Positions 26,349 through 35,807 of a DNA stretch of 64,000 bases are shown here, piece by piece. Position numbers and translations under genes: made by a program. The notes beneath the pieces were generated by a model. That model was not told where the DNA came from and did no database searches. It saw nothing but the letters and a program-made list of their open reading frames with translations. Within the stretch, counting starts at the first letter, position 1. Every line of letters starts with the position of its first letter. The DNA lies in the IMG/VR virus record IMGVR_UViG_3300034073_002120; one strand, given 5' to 3'. Source of the stretch: a virus (lineage: Duplodnaviria > Caudoviricetes).

Positions 26349-27617
26349 TTATCTAGTAAATGTTAAACTTGCCCATGTACCTTTAAGACCTTGGTCAATT
26401 GCTCTTACTCTAATATACCATGTACCAGCAGATAATAATGTGTTTACTTCAATATTAGCTTCACTCCATTCAGTATAATCATAAGTAGGAGAACTAAAAT
26501 CAGAATTATTATCTATTTGTATATCGTAAGCAGTAATACCACCAGTTCCTACCGATGATGGTGCAACCCAAGTCACAAACGGAGTTGAATATGTTAAAGA
26601 TGTAGGTGCACCAGGTGCTGCTAAATCAGTATGAGAGTTTCCTCCTTTATTGTGAGTTACATACCCATTTACTAAATAAGTATCTTCTTCTTCAACGTCT
26701 ATCGATATAATTTCAGTTGTTTTAACAATCATTTCATTACTAATAACATCTTTTTCTACCAATACACCACTTTCTTCTCTAATTAATTTATCGTCAGTAG
26801 TAATTCTAAAAATTTCTTTGAATTTATATAACCCATCTTCACCATCTTTTACTAATAATGGGTGTTCTGATGTTGCTGTTATTTCTCCATCGTTTATATC
26901 ATAATATTTAGACGAGAATGAATATATAATATTTTTTATAGTTACATCTTTTTCAGATGCTGATAAAGTTTCGGTATTCCAATTATAAAAATTACCATCA
27001 GAATCCGTAGATAATCCATTTAATGAATATCCTTTTAAAACATCACCTTCATTCAAATCACCTGCTTCAACAATTGTTCCATCTGCTAAAATTACAGGCG
27101 AATCAATTGTCAGACACAATGCAGTAGAGTTTCCATCATATGAATCTACTGAATAAACTGTCTTATCTTTATTTGTATTATATCCTGTTGCATGGTCATT
27201 AAATCCATCATTAAATACAACACGTAATGTATGTGATTGAGCTGCCATTAAAGATGTTTGTGCTGATGGAGATTGTGGATTCATCGTTCCTACTGAAAAA
27301 GTACAACTAATACCACTATTTGTTCCTAATGTAATATATGAACCTGCTGCTACACTCCATGTAAAGTTTGCTGCTCTACTACTAATTCTACCAAAGTTAG
27401 CACCATCTCCACTAAATCCTAATGTATATGTTTCAGTTGTACCCTCTACTGCGTAAGTATAACCACTAATTGAACCAACCGAATCAATAGCAAATGATGA
27501 CATTGCGATTGGACCAGTTGTATTACCTTTTGCTGCAGAAAGAGATTTGGTAGATTGACCAGTAGCAGATGCTAATGAATTTAAACTTAATGTATTTCCG
27601 GATGTTAGTGTTGCCAT
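26349..27617 (-). CDS. Virion protein with Hint (intein-like) domain and C-terminal FN3-like domain
   Basis: CLTIDSPV...ITATSEHPLL...DVEEEDTYLVNGYVTHN then APGAPTSLT...W...Y.IRVRA. Confidence 0.85.
   Translation of the reverse strand: MATLTSGNTLSLNSLASATGQSTKSLSAAKGNTTGPIAMSSFAIDSVGSISGYTYAVEGTTETYTLGFSGDGANFGRISSRAANFTWSVAAGSYITLGTNSGISCTFSVGTMNPQSPSAQTSLMAAQSHTLRVVFNDGFNDHATGYNTNKDKTVYSVDSYDGNSTALCLTIDSPVILADGTIVEAGDLNEGDVLKGYSLNGLSTDSDGNFYNWNTETLSASEKDVTIKNIIYSFSSKYYDINDGEITATSEHPLLVKDGEDGLYKFKEIFRITTDDKLIREESGVLVEKDVISNEMIVKTTEIISIDVEEEDTYLVNGYVTHNKGGNSHTDLAAPGAPTSLTYSTPFVTWVAPSSVGTGGITAYDIQIDNNSDFSSPTYDYTEWSEANIEVNTLLSAGTWYIRVRAIDQGLKGTWASLTFTR
26649..27116 (-). other. Hint domain (156 aa), no endonuclease, +1 residue Lys
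   Basis: Cys1 codon at 27114-27116, TxxH block B, terminal His-Asn ending at 26649, followed by K. Confidence 0.8.
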
Positions 27618-27626
27618 ATTTTTTTC

Positions 27627-28625
27627 CTATATGTTATAAATATCTAATAAAGATTTAATCCATTTATCTTTATCAGTATAACATTCTTTCATATATTCTT
27701 TTATCTTATTAAACCAAAATAATTTTGTTTCGTAAGATTGCGTTATAATCTCACTATAAATATCATTAAATTCCTTTTTAGATGATACACGATATGGATA
27801 TTCTAAATTAGGACACCAATCTATGTGTATTATAGGTAATTTACCCCTATCTACTGCTTCAAATATAGAATACCCAAATGGTTCTGCTGTAAATGCAGAA
27901 TGTGATATTCCCCAATCCATATCATAAAATTTATCTTTAAATTCTGAATTATAATGATACATCTTAGATTTAGATAAATCTATTTTTACTCCGTTTTTCC
28001 ATAAAATATTAAATTCAAACGAATTTGTAAAAATATATGAAGGCAATTTATCTAAATAATGTGGATTTTTTCTACCTTCACTTCTAGCTGCAAATCCGAT
28101 ACGATTCGATTCTGAAAGTGGTTTGTTATAACAAAATTCATAAAAATTTGGTATATTGGTAGTGGTATATGGAATATTATATAATCCAACCCATATATTA
28201 TAATTAGTCCATTCAGTAACTTGCTGTTCCCATTCAGAACTCATCCACGGATGCCAACCAACCGGAACATCACTCAATACTTGCGATGTTAAAACTCTAT
28301 CTACGGAATTATGAAGTACGTTAGAATGGATTTTATTACTATTATCCACAATTGGTTTCATAGGTGTATAATGACCATGTAAAATGTTAATTCTACGAGC
28401 ACCATTACATAATTCTTCAAATTTTTGAATATCATCACCATGCCAATAAGTTTCAATTGGAAATTGGTAATCTTCGTGGCCTTTTGGTTTGTTTCTATGA
28501 ATTAAAAGAATTGGTTTGACCTCTAATTTAGGTGCAATCAATTCCATCCATAAATTTACCCACATATCAGAACCTGCATTTACCCAAGGTCCACCACCAG
28601 TGGTGTAATAAACATCATAAACCAT
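27627..28625 (-). CDS. GT-B (GT4-like) glycosyltransferase
   Basis: EPFGYSIFEAVDRGKLPI (EX7E motif); N-terminal TTGGG; GFAARSEGRKN. Confidence 0.75.
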   Translation of the reverse strand: MVYDVYYTTGGGPWVNAGSDMWVNLWMELIAPKLEVKPILLIHRNKPKGHEDYQFPIETYWHGDDIQKFEELCNGARRINILHGHYTPMKPIVDNSNKIHSNVLHNSVDRVLTSQVLSDVPVGWHPWMSSEWEQQVTEWTNYNIWVGLYNIPYTTTNIPNFYEFCYNKPLSESNRIGFAARSEGRKNPHYLDKLPSYIFTNSFEFNILWKNGVKIDLSKSKMYHYNSEFKDKFYDMDWGISHSAFTAEPFGYSIFEAVDRGKLPIIHIDWCPNLEYPYRVSSKKEFNDIYSEIITQSYETKLFWFNKIKEYMKECYTDKDKWIKSLLDIYNI

Positions 28626-28630
28626 TTATT

Positions 28631-29365
28631 TTATTTTTTAACTATAATTTGTCCTGTAAAGTTTGTAGAAAATGTTACTGATAATACATTTACCGATGTA
28701 GATTCTATTATCGATGGTAATTCTTGTCTTTTATTTGTAGTGTTCCATGCTTGAACTAATGGATATTCTTCATTTAAGTTATGAGTAATTGTATATACCG
28801 AATTACCAGTCACTGTCGTTTTATATGTGGTTAGTTCTACAATTTTTTCTTCTAATCCACTAATATTATTTGAATCTACTGAACCACTAACTATATGACC
28901 ACCTTTTGCTACAACTACATATCCACTATGTGTAGATGCTAAACCGATTGTTGCAGTATTATTGTCAGTAAGTGTTATTGATGATGGTATAATTTGTGAA
29001 TCATTCGAACCATACACCGAAACTATTACATTTTTTGTTGCGAAATTATGAGATACTGAAATTGATGATTGATTGTCAAACGAAGCAGTAACTGTTGCTA
29101 TTTGTGAAACGTTAGCTTGAACGTTTGTAATTTGTGAACCATCACCTTTGAAATATGAAGCTGTTACGGCACCGAATAAATTAATCGAACCAGTTATTAA
29201 GGCATCAGTAACTACTACTGATTGGATTGATGGTGTTCCATTATCTTTCTCAAAAAATATTCGACCATCATAAGTATTTACCGCCAACTCACCTAATTCT
29301 AATGAGCTGGTTGTAGGTACTTTACCTTGAACTGCGGTTCTTTTTAACTTTACTACTTGTGCCAT
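28631..29365 (-). CDS. Short fibre-associated protein, Mtd-N-like start plus two HNL/HNF beta modules
   Basis: MAQVVKLKRT...GELAVNTYDGRIFF; ISVSHNF...V.VY and ITHNLNEEYPLVQ modules. Confidence 0.7.
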   Translation of the reverse strand: MAQVVKLKRTAVQGKVPTTSSLELGELAVNTYDGRIFFEKDNGTPSIQSVVVTDALITGSINLFGAVTASYFKGDGSQITNVQANVSQIATVTASFDNQSSISVSHNFATKNVIVSVYGSNDSQIIPSSITLTDNNTATIGLASTHSGYVVVAKGGHIVSGSVDSNNISGLEEKIVELTTYKTTVTGNSVYTITHNLNEEYPLVQAWNTTNKRQELPSIIESTSVNVLSVTFSTNFTGQIIVKK

Positions 29366-29409
29366 ATGTATGACTTATCGATTTCATTATATAATTACTT
29401 AAATTAGAA

Positions 29410-29427
29410 ACTCCTTATATAAGGAGT
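29410..29427. repeat. Perfect 18 bp intergenic palindrome / terminator-like hairpin
   Basis: actccttatataaggagt. Confidence 0.7.
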
Positions 29428-29433
29428 GTTGGA

Positions 29434-31038
29434 TTATAATCCGTTTTCTAATTTATTAATTCTGTTTGTTAATTCTTCTATTTGTGATTGTTGTTCTTTT
29501 ATACCTTCAATCAATAAAGCAACTAACTTATCATATTTAACTGCTTTATATCCACTCTCACGAGTTTGAACTAATTGTGGAAGAACCTCTTCGATTTCCT
29601 GAGCAATTACACCTACATCATTTCCTTCATATCCGTGCTCAATTTTATTTTCTTCTTTCCAATCATATGTGTAACCACCAATTTTAGTAATTTTATTTAA
29701 TGGTGATTCAATTGGTTTGATATTATCTTTAAATCTTCTATCAGATGATGAGTATGCAACGATGTCGTTTGTAGCATCAATTCTACCAGATGTACCACTT
29801 GCAGCCATTCCAATTCCTAATGAACCAAATTGTACGTTTGCTGATGTACCACCACCAGTTGTAGATGATAATACCACTTGAGATGAACCACTAATTGTAC
29901 CAGATGGTAAAATAGCAGTTACACTACCAGCAGTGACTGTTCCTATTGTTGTAATCGAATCATCACCACTATATGTTCCACCTGCAACTGCAGCTAATGT
30001 AGAGTTGTATGCTTGAACGTTAGTACCGATAGCAAGACCTAAATTAGTTCTAGCTGCTGATACATCAGTTAAATCTGATAAATTAGATGCTTTTGATAAT
30101 TTACCATCAACTAATGTAGTTAATGTAGAATCACCACTTGCAAGTGAAGCTGAAATTTCTAATAAAGTATCAAACGCAGCACTAGCACCACCAATCAAAT
30201 CAGTTAATTCTTGTTGAACGTATGCAGTTGTTGCAATTTGTGTTGAATTCGTATTTGCAGTTGCGGTTGGTGCAGTTGGTGTTCCTGTCAACTCAGCATT
30301 GGTAAACATAGTTGCCTTACTCTCATTTGTAACATTACCTAAACCTACTTGAGTAGCAGTTACAGAGTGTGGGTTTGATGTGTTAGAAATGTGAGAAGAT
30401 ATTGTTGAATAATTTGTAGTTGCAGTTACATCAATTTGTGATGAACCAGAAACTACACCTAATGAATTATTGTATGCTAAAACATTCAAGTCAAAGTTTG
30501 TAATAGTATCTGCGTTTACTTGAGTAGAACCACTAATTACACCTAATGAGTTGTTATATGCTAAAACGTTAGAATCAAAATTAGTAATTGAATCTGCGTT
30601 TATTTGTGATGAACCCGAAACAATACCACTACCATTTGTAATCGTTGCTAATGTAATAGAACCACCTAATGAGGTAGATGTTCCTGCGATTGTTATTGAT
30701 TTATTAGTAATTGCAGTTCCGTCTACTTGTGACGAACCACTAATAGTTCCGATTGGTAAAAGAGATGTTACTTGTGCAGAAGATGATACAATACCATCAC
30801 CACCAGTATTTAAGTATCTAGCATCAAAATCGGTTGTAAGTTGAGATGAACCTGAGATAATTCCAGTTCCACCAAATGTCAATCCACTACCATTACCACT
30901 AAATGTTCCACCTGTAAATGATGCACCTTGATATGAACCACTAAATGACCCACTATATACACTACCTTGTGGTAAAGTAATTGTTGCACCATTTGCGAAC
31001 GTTAGTGAACCTGAAACTATTGGACTATGTATTATCAT
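29434..31038 (-). CDS. Tail fibre with C-terminal intramolecular chaperone (peptidase S74-like)
   Basis: SGSSQ repeats; SSDRRFKDNIKPI...GVIAQEIEEVLPQLV...VKYDKLVALLIEGIKE. Confidence 0.85.
   Translation of the reverse strand: MIIHSPIVSGSLTFANGATITLPQGSVYSGSFSGSYQGASFTGGTFSGNGSGLTFGGTGIISGSSQLTTDFDARYLNTGGDGIVSSSAQVTSLLPIGTISGSSQVDGTAITNKSITIAGTSTSLGGSITLATITNGSGIVSGSSQINADSITNFDSNVLAYNNSLGVISGSTQVNADTITNFDLNVLAYNNSLGVVSGSSQIDVTATTNYSTISSHISNTSNPHSVTATQVGLGNVTNESKATMFTNAELTGTPTAPTATANTNSTQIATTAYVQQELTDLIGGASAAFDTLLEISASLASGDSTLTTLVDGKLSKASNLSDLTDVSAARTNLGLAIGTNVQAYNSTLAAVAGGTYSGDDSITTIGTVTAGSVTAILPSGTISGSSQVVLSSTTGGGTSANVQFGSLGIGMAASGTSGRIDATNDIVAYSSSDRRFKDNIKPIESPLNKITKIGGYTYDWKEENKIEHGYEGNDVGVIAQEIEEVLPQLVQTRESGYKAVKYDKLVALLIEGIKEQQSQIEELTNRINKLENGL
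29711..29829. repeat. 119 bp exact repeat, copy 1 (copy 2 at 32000..32118)
   Basis: Base-by-base comparison shows identity across the fibre/chaperone junction. Confidence 0.9.
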
Positions 31039-31083
31039 CTCTTTTTTCCTTAATTATTTTAACTTATAATAAATATATATTTT

Positions 31084-31722
31084 TTAAATAGAACCTCCGT
31101 CTATTTGTGTTATTGTTGTTGCGTTTGCAGTTCCTGTCACATCACCATTTAATGTAATTTGTGCAGAACCACTAAATACTCCTAAAACATTCACTTGATT
31201 TGTTACAGCAGTATCTAATCCACTAATGTTATTTGAATCAATTGAACCACTAACTATATGACCACCTTTTGCTACAACTACATATCCACTTTGAGCAGAT
31301 GATAATGTAATTGTTATGGTATTATCATCAGTATGTCTTAGTGATGTTGGAATAATTTGATACCCGTCTGAATCATAAACTTGTGCAATTGCGTTTGGAG
31401 TATCTAAATTATGATTTACAACCCATGTAGATGAATTGGTAAATGAACGTTGAACTGTTGCATTTTGAGATACTGATATACCAGTCAATCTACTACCATC
31501 ACCTACAAATGCAGATGCAGTAATAGCACCACTTAAATTTATCGAACCAGTTATTGGATTAGAGGTGTTAGTTGCAACTAATTCTTGTATAGTATCGTTT
31601 CCTTTTTTGAAAAAAACTTTACCATCAGTAACGTTCATAGCAATTTCACCATATTCCAACGAACCAGTAGCGGGAACTGCCCCACTTGTAGTGGAACGTT
31701 TAAATTTAATGATTTGTGCCAT
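31084..31722 (-). CDS. Short fibre-associated protein, paralog of 28631..29365
   Basis: MAQIIKFKRS...GEIAMNVTDGKVFF; shares SGYVVVAKGGHIVSGS.DSNNISGL. Confidence 0.7.
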   Translation of the reverse strand: MAQIIKFKRSTTSGAVPATGSLEYGEIAMNVTDGKVFFKKGNDTIQELVATNTSNPITGSINLSGAITASAFVGDGSRLTGISVSQNATVQRSFTNSSTWVVNHNLDTPNAIAQVYDSDGYQIIPTSLRHTDDNTITITLSSAQSGYVVVAKGGHIVSGSIDSNNISGLDTAVTNQVNVLGVFSGSAQITLNGDVTGTANATTITQIDGGSI

Positions 31723-31746
31723 AATCTATGTGTTTACTATAAGTAT

Positions 31747-34700
31747 TTATTTGTTTTCCAATTCACTTACTTTTGCAGAAAGTTCTTTTACAGCTTGAAT
31801 TAATACTGAAACTAACTTATCATATTTAACTGCTTTATACCCATTCTCACGAGTTTGAACTAATTCGGGTGCGATTGCTTCAATTTCTTGTGCGATTACT
31901 CCTAAATCATGTCCTTCGTATCCATGTTCAATTTTATTTTCTTCTTTCCAATCAAATTCATATCCACCGATTTGATTAATCTTATCTAATGCATTTTCGA
32001 TTGGTTTGATATTATCTTTAAATCTTCTATCAGATGATGAGTATGCAACGATGTCGTTTGTAGCATCAATTCTACCAGATGTACCACTTGCAGCCATTCC
32101 AATTCCTAATGAACCAAACTGAACATTGTCAGAAGTTCCACCACCAGTTGTAGATGATAATGTTATTTGCGATGAACCCGATACTAATGGTGTACCTGTA
32201 GCAAGAAGTGTACCATTTACAACTGAATCAGAACCTAATGTAATTAAAGTTCCTGTATCAGAAATGTTAGAATCATTTAAGTGATGATTATCAACTGCTT
32301 TAGGAATTTTATTAGTTGTTAAGTAAGTAGGTGAACCTTTCGTAGTGTATTCAGGTCCAAATATTGTTACTGCATAATCAATTCCTGCAGATGATGAATA
32401 TTCATATCCCCAATCATTTGTTTCACCATCATAATAAAATGATGCAGTGGATGCTGTAGAACCCGAATCATAAACTGATAATCCTGCGTATCTTGATGTT
32501 GGTGTGTTTGTATTCAATATTATAAATGAATCACCAATAATTTTTGCACTACCTGAAACTGATTGAATATATGCAAATGAACCTGTTCCATTTACAATAA
32601 TATCATTAAATGTTTTTGTACCATTTATAGTTTGGTCACCATCTAATGTTACATACCTCACATCATAAGAAGCAGTTAATTGAGATGACCCACTAATTAC
32701 ACCTTCGGTATTTAATTTAGTTTTAATTGTTGTATCAATTGATGAACTGAATGTTTCATAATTATCAATTCTACTTTCGTGGTTAGAAGCAGTTGAATAT
32801 AATTCGGTTAATTGTATATTTACTGAACCTGTATATGATGCTAATGTAATGTTTTTAGTTTCTTCTGATGCAGAAAACGAATTCAAATTTGTTAAATTTA
32901 TTTCAGCTGAAGCTGTAAAAGCTTCAATTGCATCTAATCTAACATCTTGAGAACCAGTATCACTTTCTAATGCATCCAATCTATAATCAACTGATGCTGA
33001 AAATACGTTAAATCCATTTACACTACCAATTATAACTTGTGATGAACCGGATACTACACCTTCAACATTTAATTTAGTTTTAATTGTTGTATCAATTGAT
33101 GAACTGAATGTTTCATAATTATCAATTCTATCTTCATGATTTGATGCAGATGAATATAATTCGGTTAATTGAGAATCAACAGAACCTGTATAAGATGCAA
33201 GAGTTGAATCTTTTGTTTCTTGTGATGCACTAAATGTGTTTAATGGAGTTAATATACTAACAATTTGAGATGAACCACTAACTACACCTTCGGTATTCAA
33301 CTTAGTTTTAATACCATCTGTGAAGTGTGTAGAACCAGTATCTAATGACATTGTTACATCGCCACTTACTCCACCACCACTAATACCATCACCTGCAGTA
33401 ACCGATGTAATATCAGCTACGGCAATTGCAGTTAAAATTTCGTCAGTTCTCCAGTCAATATATTTTTTAGTTGCACCAGCAGTAAGTAAGTGATTATTAT
33501 TGTAGTTAATACTACCACTTACTAATACTATATCAGCTGATGATGTTACACTATAAAATGCTGCATCTCTAATTGAACCTTGAGTTCCATAATTCCATTC
33601 ACCAACTAAATTATGGAATGATGCTGAATTTGCATATATTAAATCGTATGATGCAGTTAATTGTGATGAACCACTAACAACTGAATCTCCATTTATTTCT
33701 AAATAACGATTATCATATGATGATGTTAATTGTGATGAACCACTAATTACACCATCTACGTTTAATTTATCTTTAACATTAGTATCAAAATTCGTAATAG
33801 TGTCGGCATTTACTTGTGATGAACCACTAATTACACCTTCAATATCTAATTTATCCTTAACGTTTGTATCAAAGTTAGTAATGGTATCAGCATTTACTTG
33901 TGATGAACCACTAAATACTCCTTCAATATCTAATCTACTCTTAATACCACTTACATAGTTTGTAGTTTGTGTTAAATCAATTTGAGATGAACCAGAAACA
34001 ACATCATCTCCATCTATTTCTAAGAAAGTAAATTTAAGGGCATCTACTACTTGTGCAGAACCAGAAACTACACCATCTCCGCCTGCAAGTAATAATTTAC
34101 TTTCACTTCCTAATTTTCCACCCTTCCAATAATCATTTGTGGCATCCCATAATAAAGAACCACTTATAGTTGAAACACCAGTAGCATCTTTTGTTATAAT
34201 ACCAGCAGTTGTTGCCGAACCACCATAATTTAATTCTAATATATTTTCACCAATATTAACTTGTGTAGAGTTAATTTGAGTTGTTGTTCCTAATACTGAA
34301 AGGTCACCATTAATTGTTACATTTGTTCCGTTTACACCGATTGCAGTTCTTAATGATGATGTGTAATCTTGTATACCATCAATTCTAGTTTCATGATTAG
34401 AAGCAGTAGAATATAATTCCGTTAATTGTAAATCTACCGAACCTGTATATGTTCCTAATGTAGAATCTTTTGTTTCCTGTGATGCACTAAATGTATTCAA
34501 TAATGATATTGAATTATTTACACTACCACTATTAGTTTCTAATTGGTCTAATCTATCATCTACTGATTGAGAGAATTGTAAAGTATTACTAATACCATAA
34601 ATTGAACCAGAAAATAATGGTGCAGATATTTGATATGATGATGTAATTGGACTATAAATTTCTAAACTTGCAGTAGAATTACCTATTTTTATACTTTCGC

Positions 34701-35649
34701 CATTATACAAACCAATTTCAATAACATCTGCATATAATTTAGCTGCAGATTTACCATTCTTAAGGTCTTCAACTGAAATATTTGCTAAACTTATATCAGT
34801 TGAACCAGATGGTTGAATTTGTAAATGTGAACGATATGGACCTACTAATACTTCTGACCCATATGATAAATCTGGAGCAAACATGTAAGTAGAAATAGCA
34901 TTATGATATGTACCCGGAGCATCTTCAAAATGTTCTAATGCTATAGCAGCATATTCATAAGTTCTACCATCTAATGTAAACCCATTAGTTTTTACAATAT
35001 GTTGTTCTGCCGGTGCTGTTGGCCATTGAACGTTAAATTCAACTAATGACCCACTTGTTACTAATGAACCGGTGATTGTTTGGTTTCCAATAAAGATATT
35101 AGAACCAGTTGTTGCATATGAACCAGTTACATTTATTAAATTTGTTAATTTAGAATCAATCGAACCTGTATAAGTTCCTAATGTTGTAAATTTATTATTA
35201 ATTGATTCGGTAAAATTTAATATGTTTATATCAGTAATACTACCATTTAAGTTGTTAGCATATACATTATTCCATTTTTTCGTAGTTGAACCTAAATCAA
35301 AGGTTGATGCAGACGGTATTAACGAACCACTAAATTGTGCATTTACATTAATATTATCTTGAGGAACATCACCTAAAACAATTTGACCATCTAAACGAAC
35401 ATCACCTCTAAAATATGCATTTGATGCAGTAATATCGTTGTTAAGAGTTAAATACGAACCTGATATAGTTCCTACTATTTGTAAATTACCAGTATTTGTT
35501 TCGGTTAGTTTTACTAATGTAATATTATCGTTGGTTGCACTACTTTTACCAACTTGTAATGTTGCCAACGCACTATTATAGAATAATTCAGATTGTTCCA
35601 ACGAAGTTGGGGTAGTAGACCCTCTTCTTAATTTTAATATTGCAGCCAT
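31747..35649 (-). CDS. Long tail fibre with internal repeats and C-terminal S74-like chaperone
   Basis: MAAILKLRRG start; repeated coiled-coil and SGSSQ units; SDRRFKDNIKPIE tail. Confidence 0.85.
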   Translation of the reverse strand: MAAILKLRRGSTTPTSLEQSELFYNSALATLQVGKSSATNDNITLVKLTETNTGNLQIVGTISGSYLTLNNDITASNAYFRGDVRLDGQIVLGDVPQDNINVNAQFSGSLIPSASTFDLGSTTKKWNNVYANNLNGSITDINILNFTESINNKFTTLGTYTGSIDSKLTNLINVTGSYATTGSNIFIGNQTITGSLVTSGSLVEFNVQWPTAPAEQHIVKTNGFTLDGRTYEYAAIALEHFEDAPGTYHNAISTYMFAPDLSYGSEVLVGPYRSHLQIQPSGSTDISLANISVEDLKNGKSAAKLYADVIEIGLYNGESIKIGNSTASLEIYSPITSSYQISAPLFSGSIYGISNTLQFSQSVDDRLDQLETNSGSVNNSISLLNTFSASQETKDSTLGTYTGSVDLQLTELYSTASNHETRIDGIQDYTSSLRTAIGVNGTNVTINGDLSVLGTTTQINSTQVNIGENILELNYGGSATTAGIITKDATGVSTISGSLLWDATNDYWKGGKLGSESKLLLAGGDGVVSGSAQVVDALKFTFLEIDGDDVVSGSSQIDLTQTTNYVSGIKSRLDIEGVFSGSSQVNADTITNFDTNVKDKLDIEGVISGSSQVNADTITNFDTNVKDKLNVDGVISGSSQLTSSYDNRYLEINGDSVVSGSSQLTASYDLIYANSASFHNLVGEWNYGTQGSIRDAAFYSVTSSADIVLVSGSINYNNNHLLTAGATKKYIDWRTDEILTAIAVADITSVTAGDGISGGGVSGDVTMSLDTGSTHFTDGIKTKLNTEGVVSGSSQIVSILTPLNTFSASQETKDSTLASYTGSVDSQLTELYSSASNHEDRIDNYETFSSSIDTTIKTKLNVEGVVSGSSQVIIGSVNGFNVFSASVDYRLDALESDTGSQDVRLDAIEAFTASAEINLTNLNSFSASEETKNITLASYTGSVNIQLTELYSTASNHESRIDNYETFSSSIDTTIKTKLNTEGVISGSSQLTASYDVRYVTLDGDQTINGTKTFNDIIVNGTGSFAYIQSVSGSAKIIGDSFIILNTNTPTSRYAGLSVYDSGSTASTASFYYDGETNDWGYEYSSSAGIDYAVTIFGPEYTTKGSPTYLTTNKIPKAVDNHHLNDSNISDTGTLITLGSDSVVNGTLLATGTPLVSGSSQITLSSTTGGGTSDNVQFGSLGIGMAASGTSGRIDATNDIVAYSSSDRRFKDNIKPIENALDKINQIGGYEFDWKEENKIEHGYEGHDLGVIAQEIEAIAPELVQTRENGYKAVKYDKLVSVLIQAVKELSAKVSELENK
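32000..32118. repeat. 119 bp exact repeat, copy 2
   Basis: Identical to 29711..29829. Confidence 0.9.
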
Positions 35650-35755
35650 TTATTGTGATTTCCTATTTTATTTCATATAAATATAAATAATTGGTAAATT
35701 TACCCTATGCATAATGCCATTTACACTTATATAAGTATTGTAAAACCAAAAGTTA

Positions 35756-35786
35756 AAAAAAAATCCCCCACTATTGTGAGGGATTC
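35756..35786 (-). terminator. Intrinsic terminator
   Basis: AATCCCTCAC-aata-GTGGGGGATT followed by a T run. Confidence 0.8.
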
Positions 35787-35807
35787 TTATTTTTTTATAT
35801 TCTACAA

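Noticed and set aside
26649-27116. Canonical splicing intein or mobile intein
   Set aside because: The +1 residue is Lys, there is no homing endonuclease, and the host protein is not a conserved enzyme.
29711-32118. Diversity-generating retroelement TR/VR pair
   Set aside because: The core repeat is identical, flanking differences are not adenine-specific, and no reverse transcriptase is present in the window.
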